Source of the DNA: Candidatus Levybacteria bacterium RIFCSPLOWO2_12_FULL_41_12
Lineage (GTDB): Bacteria; Patescibacteriota; Microgenomatia; Levybacterales; UBA12049
DNA: 64,000 bases
Direction of reading: 5' to 3'
Assembly (NCBI GenBank): GCA_001784155.1
Contig: MFPL01000006.1
Location: 87,280 to 151,279 of the forward strand
The position numbers and the translations under genes are program-made. Shown in pieces: positions 50,550 through 58,510 of this stretch; the stretch's first letter is position 1, and each line of letters opens with the position of its first letter. The notes beneath the pieces were generated by a model, which was not told where the DNA came from, ran no database searches, and saw only the letters and a program-made list of their open reading frames with translations.

Positions 50550-51152
50550 ATGAAAAGTGCTACCCCCAAGAAAAAATTAAAAGAGCTAATAGTCTACATC
50601 GCAACTAAATGTAGCAATGACGAAAACTACGGAGAAACTAAACTGAATAAAATTCTTTATTATTCTGACTTTCTTTACTTTTTTAAGACATACAAGCCAA
50701 TCACTGGTCACGAGTATGTGCATCTTCCAAATGGACCAATTCCTAATGATATGAAAAAAATCTTAAAAGAAATGGAAGGAAAGGATATAAGCATTGCAAT
50801 CTCAAGGTCGGGTCCATATACACAACATAGAATAATTGCTTTAAGAGAAGCTGATTTAAGTTTATTTAGTGCGGATATGATTTCCCATGTTGATTCAATT
50901 ATTGATGAGGTCTCCAACAAATATCCTCTGACTGCCAGTCAATTAAGCGAATTGAGCCATAGGAATATGGGTTGGATTGTAACCTCAAACGGAGAAACCA
51001 TTCCGTATCAAACAGTATTTGTAAAAGATAAGAAACACCAAGTTGCAACAGAACGAGAAGTAGGAAAAGCTAAGGAAATAGCAAAGGAGTATGCAGGCAG
51101 GTATGGATACCCCAAAGATACCCAAAACATTAGAGGAGTCTCCTCGTTATAA
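50550..51152 (+). CDS. Panacea (SocA/DUF4065) antitoxin
   Basis: TKLNKILYYSDF...ITGHEYVHLPNGPIP, ASQLSELSH; leaderless promoter at 50535. Confidence 0.85.
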   Translation: MKSATPKKKLKELIVYIATKCSNDENYGETKLNKILYYSDFLYFFKTYKPITGHEYVHLPNGPIPNDMKKILKEMEGKDISIAISRSGPYTQHRIIALREADLSLFSADMISHVDSIIDEVSNKYPLTASQLSELSHRNMGWIVTSNGETIPYQTVFVKDKKHQVATEREVGKAKEIAKEYAGRYGYPKDTQNIRGVSSL

Positions 51153-51387
51153 ACAGAACATAAAGAAAATCAACAAGAACACAAAAGCTCTTGATGTTCA
51201 TCTTGTTGGTGCAACTTTTACCATTGCTTGTAAAGCAGACGAATATCCTTTGCTTGATGCTTTTGGCACGAGGTCAATAAAAATTGATGGTCAAGGGAAA
51301 ATCCCACCTATAACAATATACTTTAAGGAATTTGAGGAAAAGATTGTTTTACTTGATGTAGAGGAAACACCTGAAATAATTTCTTAA
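51091..51387 (+). CDS. putative RelE/ParE-like toxin (start 51091 or 51103)
   Basis: Overlaps antitoxin 3' end; size and ESPRYKQNIKK...ITIYF...IVLLDV pattern. Confidence 0.5.
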   Translation: MQAGMDTPKIPKTLEESPRYKQNIKKINKNTKALDVHLVGATFTIACKADEYPLLDAFGTRSIKIDGQGKIPPITIYFKEFEEKIVLLDVEETPEIIS

Positions 51388-51396
51388 ACTTAAGAC

Positions 51397-51498
51397 TTAA
51401 GTGGTTATTGGAAGATTGAGGTTGGAATATAGAATTTTTAAGTCTTCTAAGCTATAATCAAACTCAATCCCTTTGTTAATGAATAAGTCCTTTAGGGG
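51397..51498 (-). other. orphan C-terminal coding tail of the serine recombinase (attR side)
   Basis: In frame with the recombinase across the att core: PLKDLFINKGIEFDYSLEDLKILYSNLNLPITT-stop. Confidence 0.8.
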
Positions 51499-51501
51499 GA
51501 G

Positions 51502-51561
51502 CCCTGTTAAACTGGACCAACGGTGACGTTTTACGTCATTCGAGTCCTAGTCGCGGAGCAA
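51502..51561 (+). pseudogene. decayed 3' portion of tRNA-Asn
   Basis: CTGTTAA...GG[TGACGTTTTACGTCA]TTCGAGTCCTAGTCGCGGAG; TCGCGGA pairs with TCCGTGA at 40628. Confidence 0.65.
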
Positions 51562-51623
51562 TCTTTCGCTAAAACTACAGAATTGCATGCAGTTACGTAG
51601 TAAAATACGAAGTGTTGCATGCA
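51558..51623. repeat. two opposed hairpin elements upstream of GIY-YIG
   Basis: GCAATCT-TTCGCTAAAACTAC-AGAATTGC and TGCATGCAGTTAC-GTAGTAAAATACGAA-GTGTTGCATGCA. Confidence 0.7.
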
Positions 51624-51930
51624 TTACTGTTATATTCTGCTAAGTTCAAAATCCCACACATTTTATTTTGGTTCAACTAATAATTTAAAAATAAGATTAA
51701 CTCTTCATAATAATGGCGAGGTAAGGTCAACAAAGCCACACATTCCTTGGAAACTTGTTTGGTATGGAGGATTTCAGACAGAAAAGGAAGCTAGAGATTT
51801 TGAACTTTATCTAAAAACAGGGTCAGGAAAAGCATTTGCATACAAAAGATTAGTCAATGTAGCTTTGGAGAAAGATTTTTCGAGTGGCAGACGTAGTAGT
51901 CCGAAGTCAAAAAAGACGAAGGATACCTAG
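51619..51930 (+). CDS. small GIY-YIG nuclease
   Basis: YCYILLS...FYFGSTNNLKIRL..HN, STKPHIPWKLVWY, FELYLKTGSGKAF. Confidence 0.9.
   Translation: MHYCYILLSSKSHTFYFGSTNNLKIRLTLHNNGEVRSTKPHIPWKLVWYGGFQTEKEARDFELYLKTGSGKAFAYKRLVNVALEKDFSSGRRSSPKSKKTKDT
51890..51923 (-). repeat. two overlapping hairpin elements in GIY-YIG 3' end
   Basis: Reverse strand TCC-TTCGTCTTTTTTGACTTC-GGA and GAC-TTCGGACTACTAC-GTC. Confidence 0.6.
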
Positions 51931-51941
51931 TCACGGAGCAA
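51926..51941 (+). repeat. tRNA-Asn 3'-end remnant
   Basis: CCTAGTCACGGAGCAA, 15/16 to 51546-51561. Confidence 0.8.
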
Positions 51942-52017
51942 GTTAACCATTGCCTTGAATATTTTTTTCTGGTTCACGCCTCTTTTTTATGCTAAAATCA
52001 GTCTTGTGGAAGAAGCA

Positions 52018-52476
52018 ATGCCTAGAGGTAAACTCACGGCTGTTAAAGAAAGTCTTGAAGATAATCTGCTTTGGAATGGGCCGCAAAGTGTTGGTACTGC
52101 CCGCGTACTCCACGTCGAACACCCGATGCATGACATGGTATTTATTGACTGTGGTGGCGATGATATTACTGCTCATGAGTTTGTATTTACTGCTCCGGGT
52201 AAAATAAAAAAAAATCAAATTGTCGAAGTTATTGTTAGGACAAAAAAACAACTAAGAAAACCGTTTACATTTCCTGATTGTCAGGTAGCTATTAGACCCT
52301 ATACACAAGAAACCTATGGGAAAATAACAGCTGAGGATAGGGCTACATTAAGACCTACGTTTGAATATGATTCTAACAGAAAAGATGCTTTTTTCTCGCG
52401 AGCTTTTTATCGAAGATTCTTCCCCGGAGGAAGAAGCACTCTTAAACCTTTTCCTGATGTATCAGGTTCTGAATGA
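52018..52476 (+). CDS. hypothetical protein (start uncertain)
   Basis: ORF 51955-52476; ATG at 52018 follows TGCTAAAAT. Confidence 0.5.
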   Translation: MPRGKLTAVKESLEDNLLWNGPQSVGTARVLHVEHPMHDMVFIDCGGDDITAHEFVFTAPGKIKKNQIVEVIVRTKKQLRKPFTFPDCQVAIRPYTQETYGKITAEDRATLRPTFEYDSNRKDAFFSRAFYRRFFPGGRSTLKPFPDVSGSE

Positions 52477-52551
52477 TTATTGTAATTACAAAAATTAATT
52501 GCCGATTATAGGACTCAAACGAACTATAGCGTTGAAGGGTCCTAAGTAGGC

Positions 52552-52562
52552 TCGCGGAGCAA
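52552..52562 (+). repeat. tRNA-Asn 3'-end remnant
   Basis: TCGCGGAGCAA identical to 51551-51561. Confidence 0.65.
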
Positions 52563-52596
52563 CTTAGCCTCAGAATAAAGTGATATAATCTAATTT

Positions 52597-53082
52597 ATGA
52601 AACCAAAATTTATTCCCCAAGAGCTATTTGATTTTATAGATAGAGCAGGAAAAGCAACTTATGCAGGCGGTGGAAAATATGAGCAGAATCCAGAAAGACC
52701 TGGATTTTTTGAATTAGTTTACGATAAAGAATTACCTTGGTATTACAGAGATAGCTATGCGGGACATTCCAGATCTGGAGGACAAGAAGTTGTTAGGTTA
52801 AATGATGAACCAATTTGGTGGTCAGGTTATGGTGGAGGTATGGTTGAAGGAAAAGAAAATATGTCCGACCAAACTTTTGATTTCCTCAAGAAAGCGTTAT
52901 CACAAGACGAAGAAGGATTTGGATCTTTAAGAGGTCCGCATGAATTAACAGATGGAGATTGGAAATATACCTATACCCAAGACGGAGATATTACAGATTT
53001 TTATGGATATGAAGAAATTTCTTATAAAGGAGAGCGAGTATTCTGGCATAGGGCGGTTGGAGGGATACTAAAGCATAAATAG
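52597..53082 (+). CDS. DUF5680-like protein
   Basis: KATYAGGG, YRDSYAG, GQEVV, WWSGYGG, RGP, GYEEI. Confidence 0.7.
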   Translation: MKPKFIPQELFDFIDRAGKATYAGGGKYEQNPERPGFFELVYDKELPWYYRDSYAGHSRSGGQEVVRLNDEPIWWSGYGGGMVEGKENMSDQTFDFLKKALSQDEEGFGSLRGPHELTDGDWKYTYTQDGDITDFYGYEEISYKGERVFWHRAVGGILKHK

Positions 53083-53154
53083 AGCTTTTTCAAATCTTCT
53101 AGACTATAATCAAACTCAATCCTTCTGTTGATGAATAAGACCTTCAGGCGGAGC
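53079..53154 (-). other. second, relic recombinase C-terminal tail / attR
   Basis: 53095-53154 matches 51443-51502 at 52/60; translates LRLKVLFINRRIEFDYSLEDLKKLY. Confidence 0.78.
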
Positions 53155-53213
53155 ACGAGTCGATAATTATCGCTAAAAATAGTATAATATAAAGTAAGAA
53201 AGGAGGTATATTA

Positions 53214-53411
53214 ATGAACGGAACAATTAAAACAAAAACAGATAGAGGATTTGGATTCATTTCTCGAGAAGGAGAGCCAAAAGATCTTTTCTTTCATTCT
53301 AATGATTTAGTCGGAGTTACTTTTGACGAGCTTCAGGTTGGAGCAGCAGTAACATTTGATGTTGTTGATGGCGAAAAGGGTCAAAGTGCAAAAAACGTAA
53401 AGCTTGCTTAA
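53214..53411 (+). CDS. cold-shock domain protein
   Basis: RGFGFI (RNP1), LFFH (RNP2); SD AAGGAGGT. Confidence 0.92.
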   Translation: MNGTIKTKTDRGFGFISREGEPKDLFFHSNDLVGVTFDELQVGAAVTFDVVDGEKGQSAKNVKLA

Positions 53412-53513
53412 AATTAATAAGAGAAGCGGATTCAAAACGACACTCAAGAAAATTTTTACAACTCTTATTCCACGCGGTAAATTAGCTTAAAAATCTTCTG
53501 CTATAATCACACC

Positions 53514-53933
53514 ATGAAAAAACTTGTCACTTCAGACAAGGTATATATTGGGAAGTCGAAGATTGTAGGGGCTGGTAGAGGAGTCTTTGCGGGGCGTAAT
53601 ATCAAAAAAGGCGAACTTATTGAAAAATGCCCGATTATTGAAATCCCCAAACATGATTTTTCCAGTCTAAGAGAGAGTGTTCTTGTTACTTATTTTTTCT
53701 ATTTCGGCAAAAAAAAAGAGCGTTTGGTAGTTGCGTTGGGTTTTGGATCAATATATAACCACTCGTATCAACCAAACGCCAAATATAAGATAAATCATAC
53801 AGAAAAGACAATTGATTTTACTGCTTTAAGAGATATCGAGAAGGATGATGAGATAACGGTTAATTACAATTCGGGAAATTCAAAAGATAAGAGTCCGTTA
53901 TGGTTTGAAGTGGTTCCAACTCGCAAGATTTGA
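53514..53933 (+). CDS. SET domain protein
   Basis: GRGVFA, YNHSYQPNA, RDIEKDDEITVNY. Confidence 0.9.
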   Translation: MKKLVTSDKVYIGKSKIVGAGRGVFAGRNIKKGELIEKCPIIEIPKHDFSSLRESVLVTYFFYFGKKKERLVVALGFGSIYNHSYQPNAKYKINHTEKTIDFTALRDIEKDDEITVNYNSGNSKDKSPLWFEVVPTRKI

Positions 53934-53969
53934 AATATATAAGTGTGAGGGTATATACTTTTCTTACCC

Positions 53970-53993
53970 ATGACTAAGAATCCTTTTGCTAAT
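53970..53993 (+). repeat. duplicated 5' end of the gene at 55874
   Basis: ATGACTAAGAATCCTTTTGCTAAT vs ATGACTAAGAATCCTTTTGTTAAT (23/24). Confidence 0.75.
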
Positions 53994-54018
53994 ACTACTG
54001 GAGCGACGTTGCATAGCA

Positions 54019-55479
54019 TTAATATCCAAATTTTTGGGAGATAAGTTGCTCTAGTTCGCTATTTGTTCCCTCGTAGCCGACCGCCCAAACTCCAATACCT
54101 TTTAGATTTCTTTCATTGACCAGGTCGTATTTAAGTCCTAATGAACGAACGTTATCAAAATAAACTTTATGAGTTTTATTTTGTCCATCAACGTATTGGT
54201 ACCATGGGGTTCCTGATGCAGAATCCCATTGTAAATTATTGAACGCATTGGTGCCTACAATATCAGCATAGGATAGAATACCAGTTGTGCCTGGGGATGG
54301 ATCACTTATCACCCAATCATATCCATAATAAGGTACTGCCAAAATAATCTTTTCGGCAGGAACTCGCTGCAGGTAATTGGCTAAATAGCCGACTATACTT
54401 TGTTCCCCAGTAAGAGGTGCTACCGGGCCCGGAGCAGTATATGGCGTATGAAAATCATAGCCCATGATAATAAACGTATCAACAACGTGTGCGAGAGTTG
54501 GTAAATCAAATAGGTCATTACCCACTCCCGAAGAAGCATAAGTATCAATAGTTAAGCTTGCTGTTGGAAACTCTTTTTTTAACTCTGTGTTAAGAGCTCC
54601 AACAAAATTAGTAAATCCGTTTCGAGCACTTTCAGACGGAGTGCCGACGTATTCGAAGTCAAGGTTAACTCCGTCTAAGTTTTTTGAGCCAACCATGTAA
54701 ACAATATTTGAAATTAATTTTTTTTGAGCATCAGTAGAAGAGAGCATTGCCTCCATGCGACGATTGGAAAACATTTTTATAGTTATATTGGTACGAACTT
54801 GCTTTTTCTTCAGGGTATCGATAACTGAAGGTAGTTTTGGATTATTCCACATTGCCCATCCCTGATCAGCACTGCCTTGAGCATCTGTAATAATAATATT
54901 TCCCTCACCGTCTGGTTCAATCCCGAATAAATTAGCTGACGTAAGCTGCTCAACCCTAAGCTTATCGAATGAGCCTATTACCCAATATGGTATAAATCCG
55001 ACAACTTCCCTCTTTGGCCGTATCGAGGGGCCAAGCTTAATGTCTTTAACGGGATAGGAAAATACCTTTTCCATCTTAACTGGTAATTCATTTGCATAAA
55101 CTTTTCTAACAAGACCTCCCGAGGGAGACGTCGGCAAAGGGGTATCATTTTGTACGACCGGTTTGGGAATAACGTAGATTATCTCTTTTTCTCTTTTTTG
55201 CGTTGGTACAAAAAATATGAAGGCTAGCATTACAGCAAGGGCTATGAAATAAAATACTAAAAAGAGTAATGTGTGACTTTTTCCCATAGCCTGTTGGGGG
55301 GTTGATAAGGGAACTATCGGGTGCGGAGCGTGTTTTGTTGCCTCTACAACAATATCTTTTATGTACTTATCGGGGATTCCGATTATTTTCAACCGAAACG
55401 CAAGTTGATCGGGATCGCGTAGGTATTCTGGATGCTCTGCAATGTATTGCCTAGCAAAGTCGGTATATTTGTTTTTCAT
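54019..55479 (-). CDS. membrane-anchored GH18 glycoside hydrolase
   Basis: LDGVNLDFEY, IMGYDFH, ILAVPYYGYDW, GIGVWAVGY; start set at MKNKY. Confidence 0.85.
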   Translation of the reverse strand: MKNKYTDFARQYIAEHPEYLRDPDQLAFRLKIIGIPDKYIKDIVVEATKHAPHPIVPLSTPQQAMGKSHTLLFLVFYFIALAVMLAFIFFVPTQKREKEIIYVIPKPVVQNDTPLPTSPSGGLVRKVYANELPVKMEKVFSYPVKDIKLGPSIRPKREVVGFIPYWVIGSFDKLRVEQLTSANLFGIEPDGEGNIIITDAQGSADQGWAMWNNPKLPSVIDTLKKKQVRTNITIKMFSNRRMEAMLSSTDAQKKLISNIVYMVGSKNLDGVNLDFEYVGTPSESARNGFTNFVGALNTELKKEFPTASLTIDTYASSGVGNDLFDLPTLAHVVDTFIIMGYDFHTPYTAPGPVAPLTGEQSIVGYLANYLQRVPAEKIILAVPYYGYDWVISDPSPGTTGILSYADIVGTNAFNNLQWDSASGTPWYQYVDGQNKTHKVYFDNVRSLGLKYDLVNERNLKGIGVWAVGYEGTNSELEQLISQKFGY

Positions 55480-55480
55480 G

Positions 55481-55792
55481 CTATTCTTGAGCTTCATCGC
55501 AGATGAGCTTAGGCTTTGGTTGACAGGAGGGTTTACCCGAACATTCGCTGAAATCAACTGCAAGATGGCAATTTGGGGGCAAAGCCTCACTTACCGTGGG
55601 GGTCTGTGTTGATGCATAGTTATCAGACTGGAATAACTCTCCCCAAGTTTTTGTCACAATAATGGGGACTAAAAGAATAATAATAATCGTCAGCTTGGTA
55701 AAAAGACTTAATCCAACAATTTCCATCCATACTAATTTGAAAACGCTGGTTTTCTTCCCTCCTAATTTTCCAAAGGAAATAATCTCTGCCAT
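55481..55792 (-). CDS. small membrane protein with Cys-rich C-terminus
   Basis: TM helix; abuts GH18 start. Confidence 0.55.
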   Translation of the reverse strand: MAEIISFGKLGGKKTSVFKLVWMEIVGLSLFTKLTIIIILLVPIIVTKTWGELFQSDNYASTQTPTVSEALPPNCHLAVDFSECSGKPSCQPKPKLICDEAQE

Positions 55793-55873
55793 ATAGTTAT
55801 TTTAGTGCAAAGCGCCCAATAATAAAAGTCAAGCTTAGTGGGAGTTACGTCTTAGCTTTGCTATAATTGCCCT

Positions 55874-56179
55874 ATGACTAAGAATCCTTTTGTTAATGCT
55901 GGGGCTGCAACAGCATATATAGTTTTAATTGCCTGTGTTATGTATTATGGAACACAGTATGTTCGTCCGGGTAATTCGGTTATGGCTCCCATCGCTGCGC
56001 TTTCTCTTTTTTCTCTCTCTGCCGCGGTAATGGGGTACATTTTTTTATTCCAACCCCTCCAGCTTTATCTTGATGGAAAGAAAAAAGTGGCGGTAAATCT
56101 TTTTCTCCAAACGGTTGCAGTATTTGCAGGAATTACGACTCTTATCCTCATCCTCTTTTTCTCAGGGAGCGTGTATTAA
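55874..56179 (+). CDS. 3-TM hypothetical membrane protein
   Basis: Hydrophobic ORF; TGCTATAAT 6 nt upstream. Confidence 0.7.
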   Translation: MTKNPFVNAGAATAYIVLIACVMYYGTQYVRPGNSVMAPIAALSLFSLSAAVMGYIFLFQPLQLYLDGKKKVAVNLFLQTVAVFAGITTLILILFFSGSVY

Positions 56180-56255
56180 AATTTGGCCTCATCATTTCCG
56201 AGAAAATTACAAACGAATTGATAAATCAGGCTTTTCGTGTTAATATCCCAGCATT

Positions 56256-56996
56256 ATGGCACCTCAAGAAGGAAGTTTGGGAAGAACGGCAAGCCTAGCT
56301 TCTCCCGATGGACTAAATCTGTCTGCAAGACCACAACTAAAGGAAACAACTTATGACGGGACCACCTATGTTGCTCCGAGCTGGGAGGAGATGGGTTCCT
56401 ATACCCGTGATTTGGCGCAACAGATAATTAGATCAGGTCAATCATTTGATAGAATAGTAGCGCTTGCAAAAGGAGGATGGACTTGGGCGAGGACATTGGC
56501 CGATTATTTAAAAATGGATCAGCTATCTTCAGTGAGAATAAAAAGATACGGTGATGTAAATCAATCAGGGGAGCCAGTGATACTCCAGCCATTGACAGAT
56601 TCTGTTCACGGAGAAGTAGTTCTTTTGTTTGACGAAGTTATTGATGAGGGTCCTACAATTAGAAAAGGGCAAGAGCTTTTAAGGGTAATGGGAGCTGCGG
56701 AAATCTACACAGCAGCGCTTTGTTATAAGCCCCACTCGGTAGTTAGACCCGATTTCTTCGAGCTTGAAACAACAGCTTGGGTAGTTTTCCCTCACGAAGC
56801 AAGGGAATTTATTGAAGGGGAAGGTAAAAAATGGCTTGCTGCGGGACTATCTATGGATGAGGTTGAAGACAGATTCTTCGAGATTGGTCTTCATCCCGAA
56901 GACATCGAACAATACTTCACTCCATTAAGAAATTTGGATATTCAGACAACTTTAGGAATTGTAACAGGAGAATCAAAATATACCTCTCTGCTATAA
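56256..56996 (+). CDS. type I phosphoribosyltransferase (purine salvage-like)
   Basis: IVALAKGGW, VLLFDEVIDEGPT, WVVFPHE. Confidence 0.82.
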   Translation: MAPQEGSLGRTASLASPDGLNLSARPQLKETTYDGTTYVAPSWEEMGSYTRDLAQQIIRSGQSFDRIVALAKGGWTWARTLADYLKMDQLSSVRIKRYGDVNQSGEPVILQPLTDSVHGEVVLLFDEVIDEGPTIRKGQELLRVMGAAEIYTAALCYKPHSVVRPDFFELETTAWVVFPHEAREFIEGEGKKWLAAGLSMDEVEDRFFEIGLHPEDIEQYFTPLRNLDIQTTLGIVTGESKYTSLL

Positions 56997-57003
56997 TTGC
57001 CGT

Positions 57004-57294
57004 GTGGGAGAAAGTAAAAGCCCTTATAAAAATTTCTCTAAGGAAGAATTAATCTTAAGAGATCACTTAGCTATTGATAGAACAATTTTGGCAAATGATC
57101 GAACTTTTCTTTCCTATGTCAGAACTTCCCTAGCTATCATTGCAGCGGGGGGAGCAGTAATTCATTTTTTTGAAGGAGAATGGATTAAGACAGGCGGTAT
57201 TGCCTTAGCATTGATAGGAATAGCAATTCTTATGGTAGGCTATGTTAGGTATAAAAAAATGGATAGGCTAATTAAGCAGGTAAAACGGGCTTAG
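57004..57294 (+). CDS. DUF202/YidH membrane protein
   Basis: RDHLAIDRTILANDRTFLSYVRT. Confidence 0.85.
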   Translation: MGESKSPYKNFSKEELILRDHLAIDRTILANDRTFLSYVRTSLAIIAAGGAVIHFFEGEWIKTGGIALALIGIAILMVGYVRYKKMDRLIKQVKRA

Positions 57295-57329
57295 TATTTA
57301 GTTCTGGAAATTATTGTTATAATTGCCTC

Positions 57330-57977
57330 ATGTTAAAAGCAGTTCTTTTTGATGTTGACGGGGTTCTCCTCGATTCCTTCGAAGCAAATCTTAAGTTTTA
57401 TCAGGATTTAATGAAGCACGCAGGTCATAGATCACCAACGAGAGAAGAGTATAGGCCGTTTTTTCATTTATCCATGCGAGATTTAATTCCAAAATTCAGT
57501 GGATTAACAGAAGAGGATGAAATAAATAAAATTTGGGAGATCGGCAGAAAAAGAGAAGTAAGGTATCCTGATGAGTTAGTGAAAATGCCAAGCGATATAG
57601 AAGAAGCTATAGGAAGTCTTGGTGAAAAATATATATTGGGAATCGTTACCGGCCGTGTTAAGGAAAATATCTTAAAAACTGGAGGTTTAGAAAAGTTAAA
57701 AAAACTTTTTACTGTTGTTGTGGGTTACCAGGATACAGAGAATCATAAACCAGACCCAGAACCTCTTCTATTTGCCTGTAAGAAGCTTAAGATAAAGCCG
57801 AGCGAGGCAGTCTATGTAGGGGATGCGGAGGGTGATATTACAGCCGGAAAATCTGCTGGGATGAAGACAATTCTTTTTCACCCAGACAATAAATTCGATA
57901 ACGCCGATGCACACGCCTCATCCTTTAAAGATCTCCCTGGGGTTATTGAAGCGATCAGCCACAGCCTTTTGATTTAA
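57330..57977 (+). CDS. HAD-IA hydrolase
   Basis: LFDVDGVL, KPDPEP, VGDAEGD. Confidence 0.88.
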   Translation: MLKAVLFDVDGVLLDSFEANLKFYQDLMKHAGHRSPTREEYRPFFHLSMRDLIPKFSGLTEEDEINKIWEIGRKREVRYPDELVKMPSDIEEAIGSLGEKYILGIVTGRVKENILKTGGLEKLKKLFTVVVGYQDTENHKPDPEPLLFACKKLKIKPSEAVYVGDAEGDITAGKSAGMKTILFHPDNKFDNADAHASSFKDLPGVIEAISHSLLI

Positions 57978-57995
57978 CGAAGAGGGACTAATTCT

Positions 57996-58433
57996 TTAGC
58001 CTATTGTTCTTTGTCCGAGGCTTTTTCTTAGAGCAGAATCTATAACTCTCTGGCCTACGGTTAAATCTTGCTTCGTTTGCTCAGACAGACCAAGCCTTGC
58101 AATCTGTCGAAATGTAAACCATCCGAAAAGACGCCCCTTGGATACTGTGAACTTTTTTTGCGTCTTCACCTCGCCATAAGTTATGGATTGATTTCTACCC
58201 TTTTGTGAATGAAAATATTCATAAACCGGATGTACGGAAGAAAGGCTAAGTCTGATATTCAATACTTCAAGAGCTATTCTTTTAAAAGCTATTTCAGAAG
58301 ACTCGTCCAATAAGCGCTTGCCTTCAAATAAGGTCCACTTTTGTTGGTCGCTAGGGTCAGTAGACTGTTGCAAGAGAATTTGCTGGGATCGTGGGTGATA
58401 AAGAAATCCGCTTGCATAAAAATCTTTATGCAT
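57996..58433 (-). CDS. degenerate NUDIX-like protein
   Basis: FYASGFLY...ILLQQ...WTLFEG...ESSEIAFKR; start 7 nt after TGCTATAAT. Confidence 0.55.
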   Translation of the reverse strand: MHKDFYASGFLYHPRSQQILLQQSTDPSDQQKWTLFEGKRLLDESSEIAFKRIALEVLNIRLSLSSVHPVYEYFHSQKGRNQSITYGEVKTQKKFTVSKGRLFGWFTFRQIARLGLSEQTKQDLTVGQRVIDSALRKSLGQRTIG

Positions 58434-58510
58434 CAAATACATTATAGCAGATTCACGGACAAATTACTTATTGAAGATGACTTTTCCTAGGCGTACGATA
58501 AATAAAGGTA

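Larger units (their letters stand above)
40998..51508. mobile_element. integrative element (~10.5 kb) at tRNA-Asn 3' end
   Basis: 11-bp direct repeat GGAGCCCTGTT at 40998-41008 and 51498-51508; recombinase, Xis-like, Rep, R-M and TA cargo. Confidence 0.85.

Noticed and set aside
40628-51560. Outer tRNA fragments as exons of a group I intron-containing tRNA-Asn
   Set aside because: No recognisable P4-P7 core. The fragments overlap in tRNA position and their arms are damaged, and an intact tRNA-Asn is present.
51443-53154. The 60-bp repeat as a CRISPR repeat, sRNA or promoter cassette
   Set aside because: Only two copies 1.65 kb apart and no cas genes. Substitutions fit minus-strand coding; the TATAAT may be incidental to Asp-Tyr codons.
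51466-55898. Similarity of AATCCCTTTGTTAATG in the recombinase tail to the start of gene 55874
   Set aside because: Short AT-rich match; each sequence is explained by its own coding frame on opposite strands.
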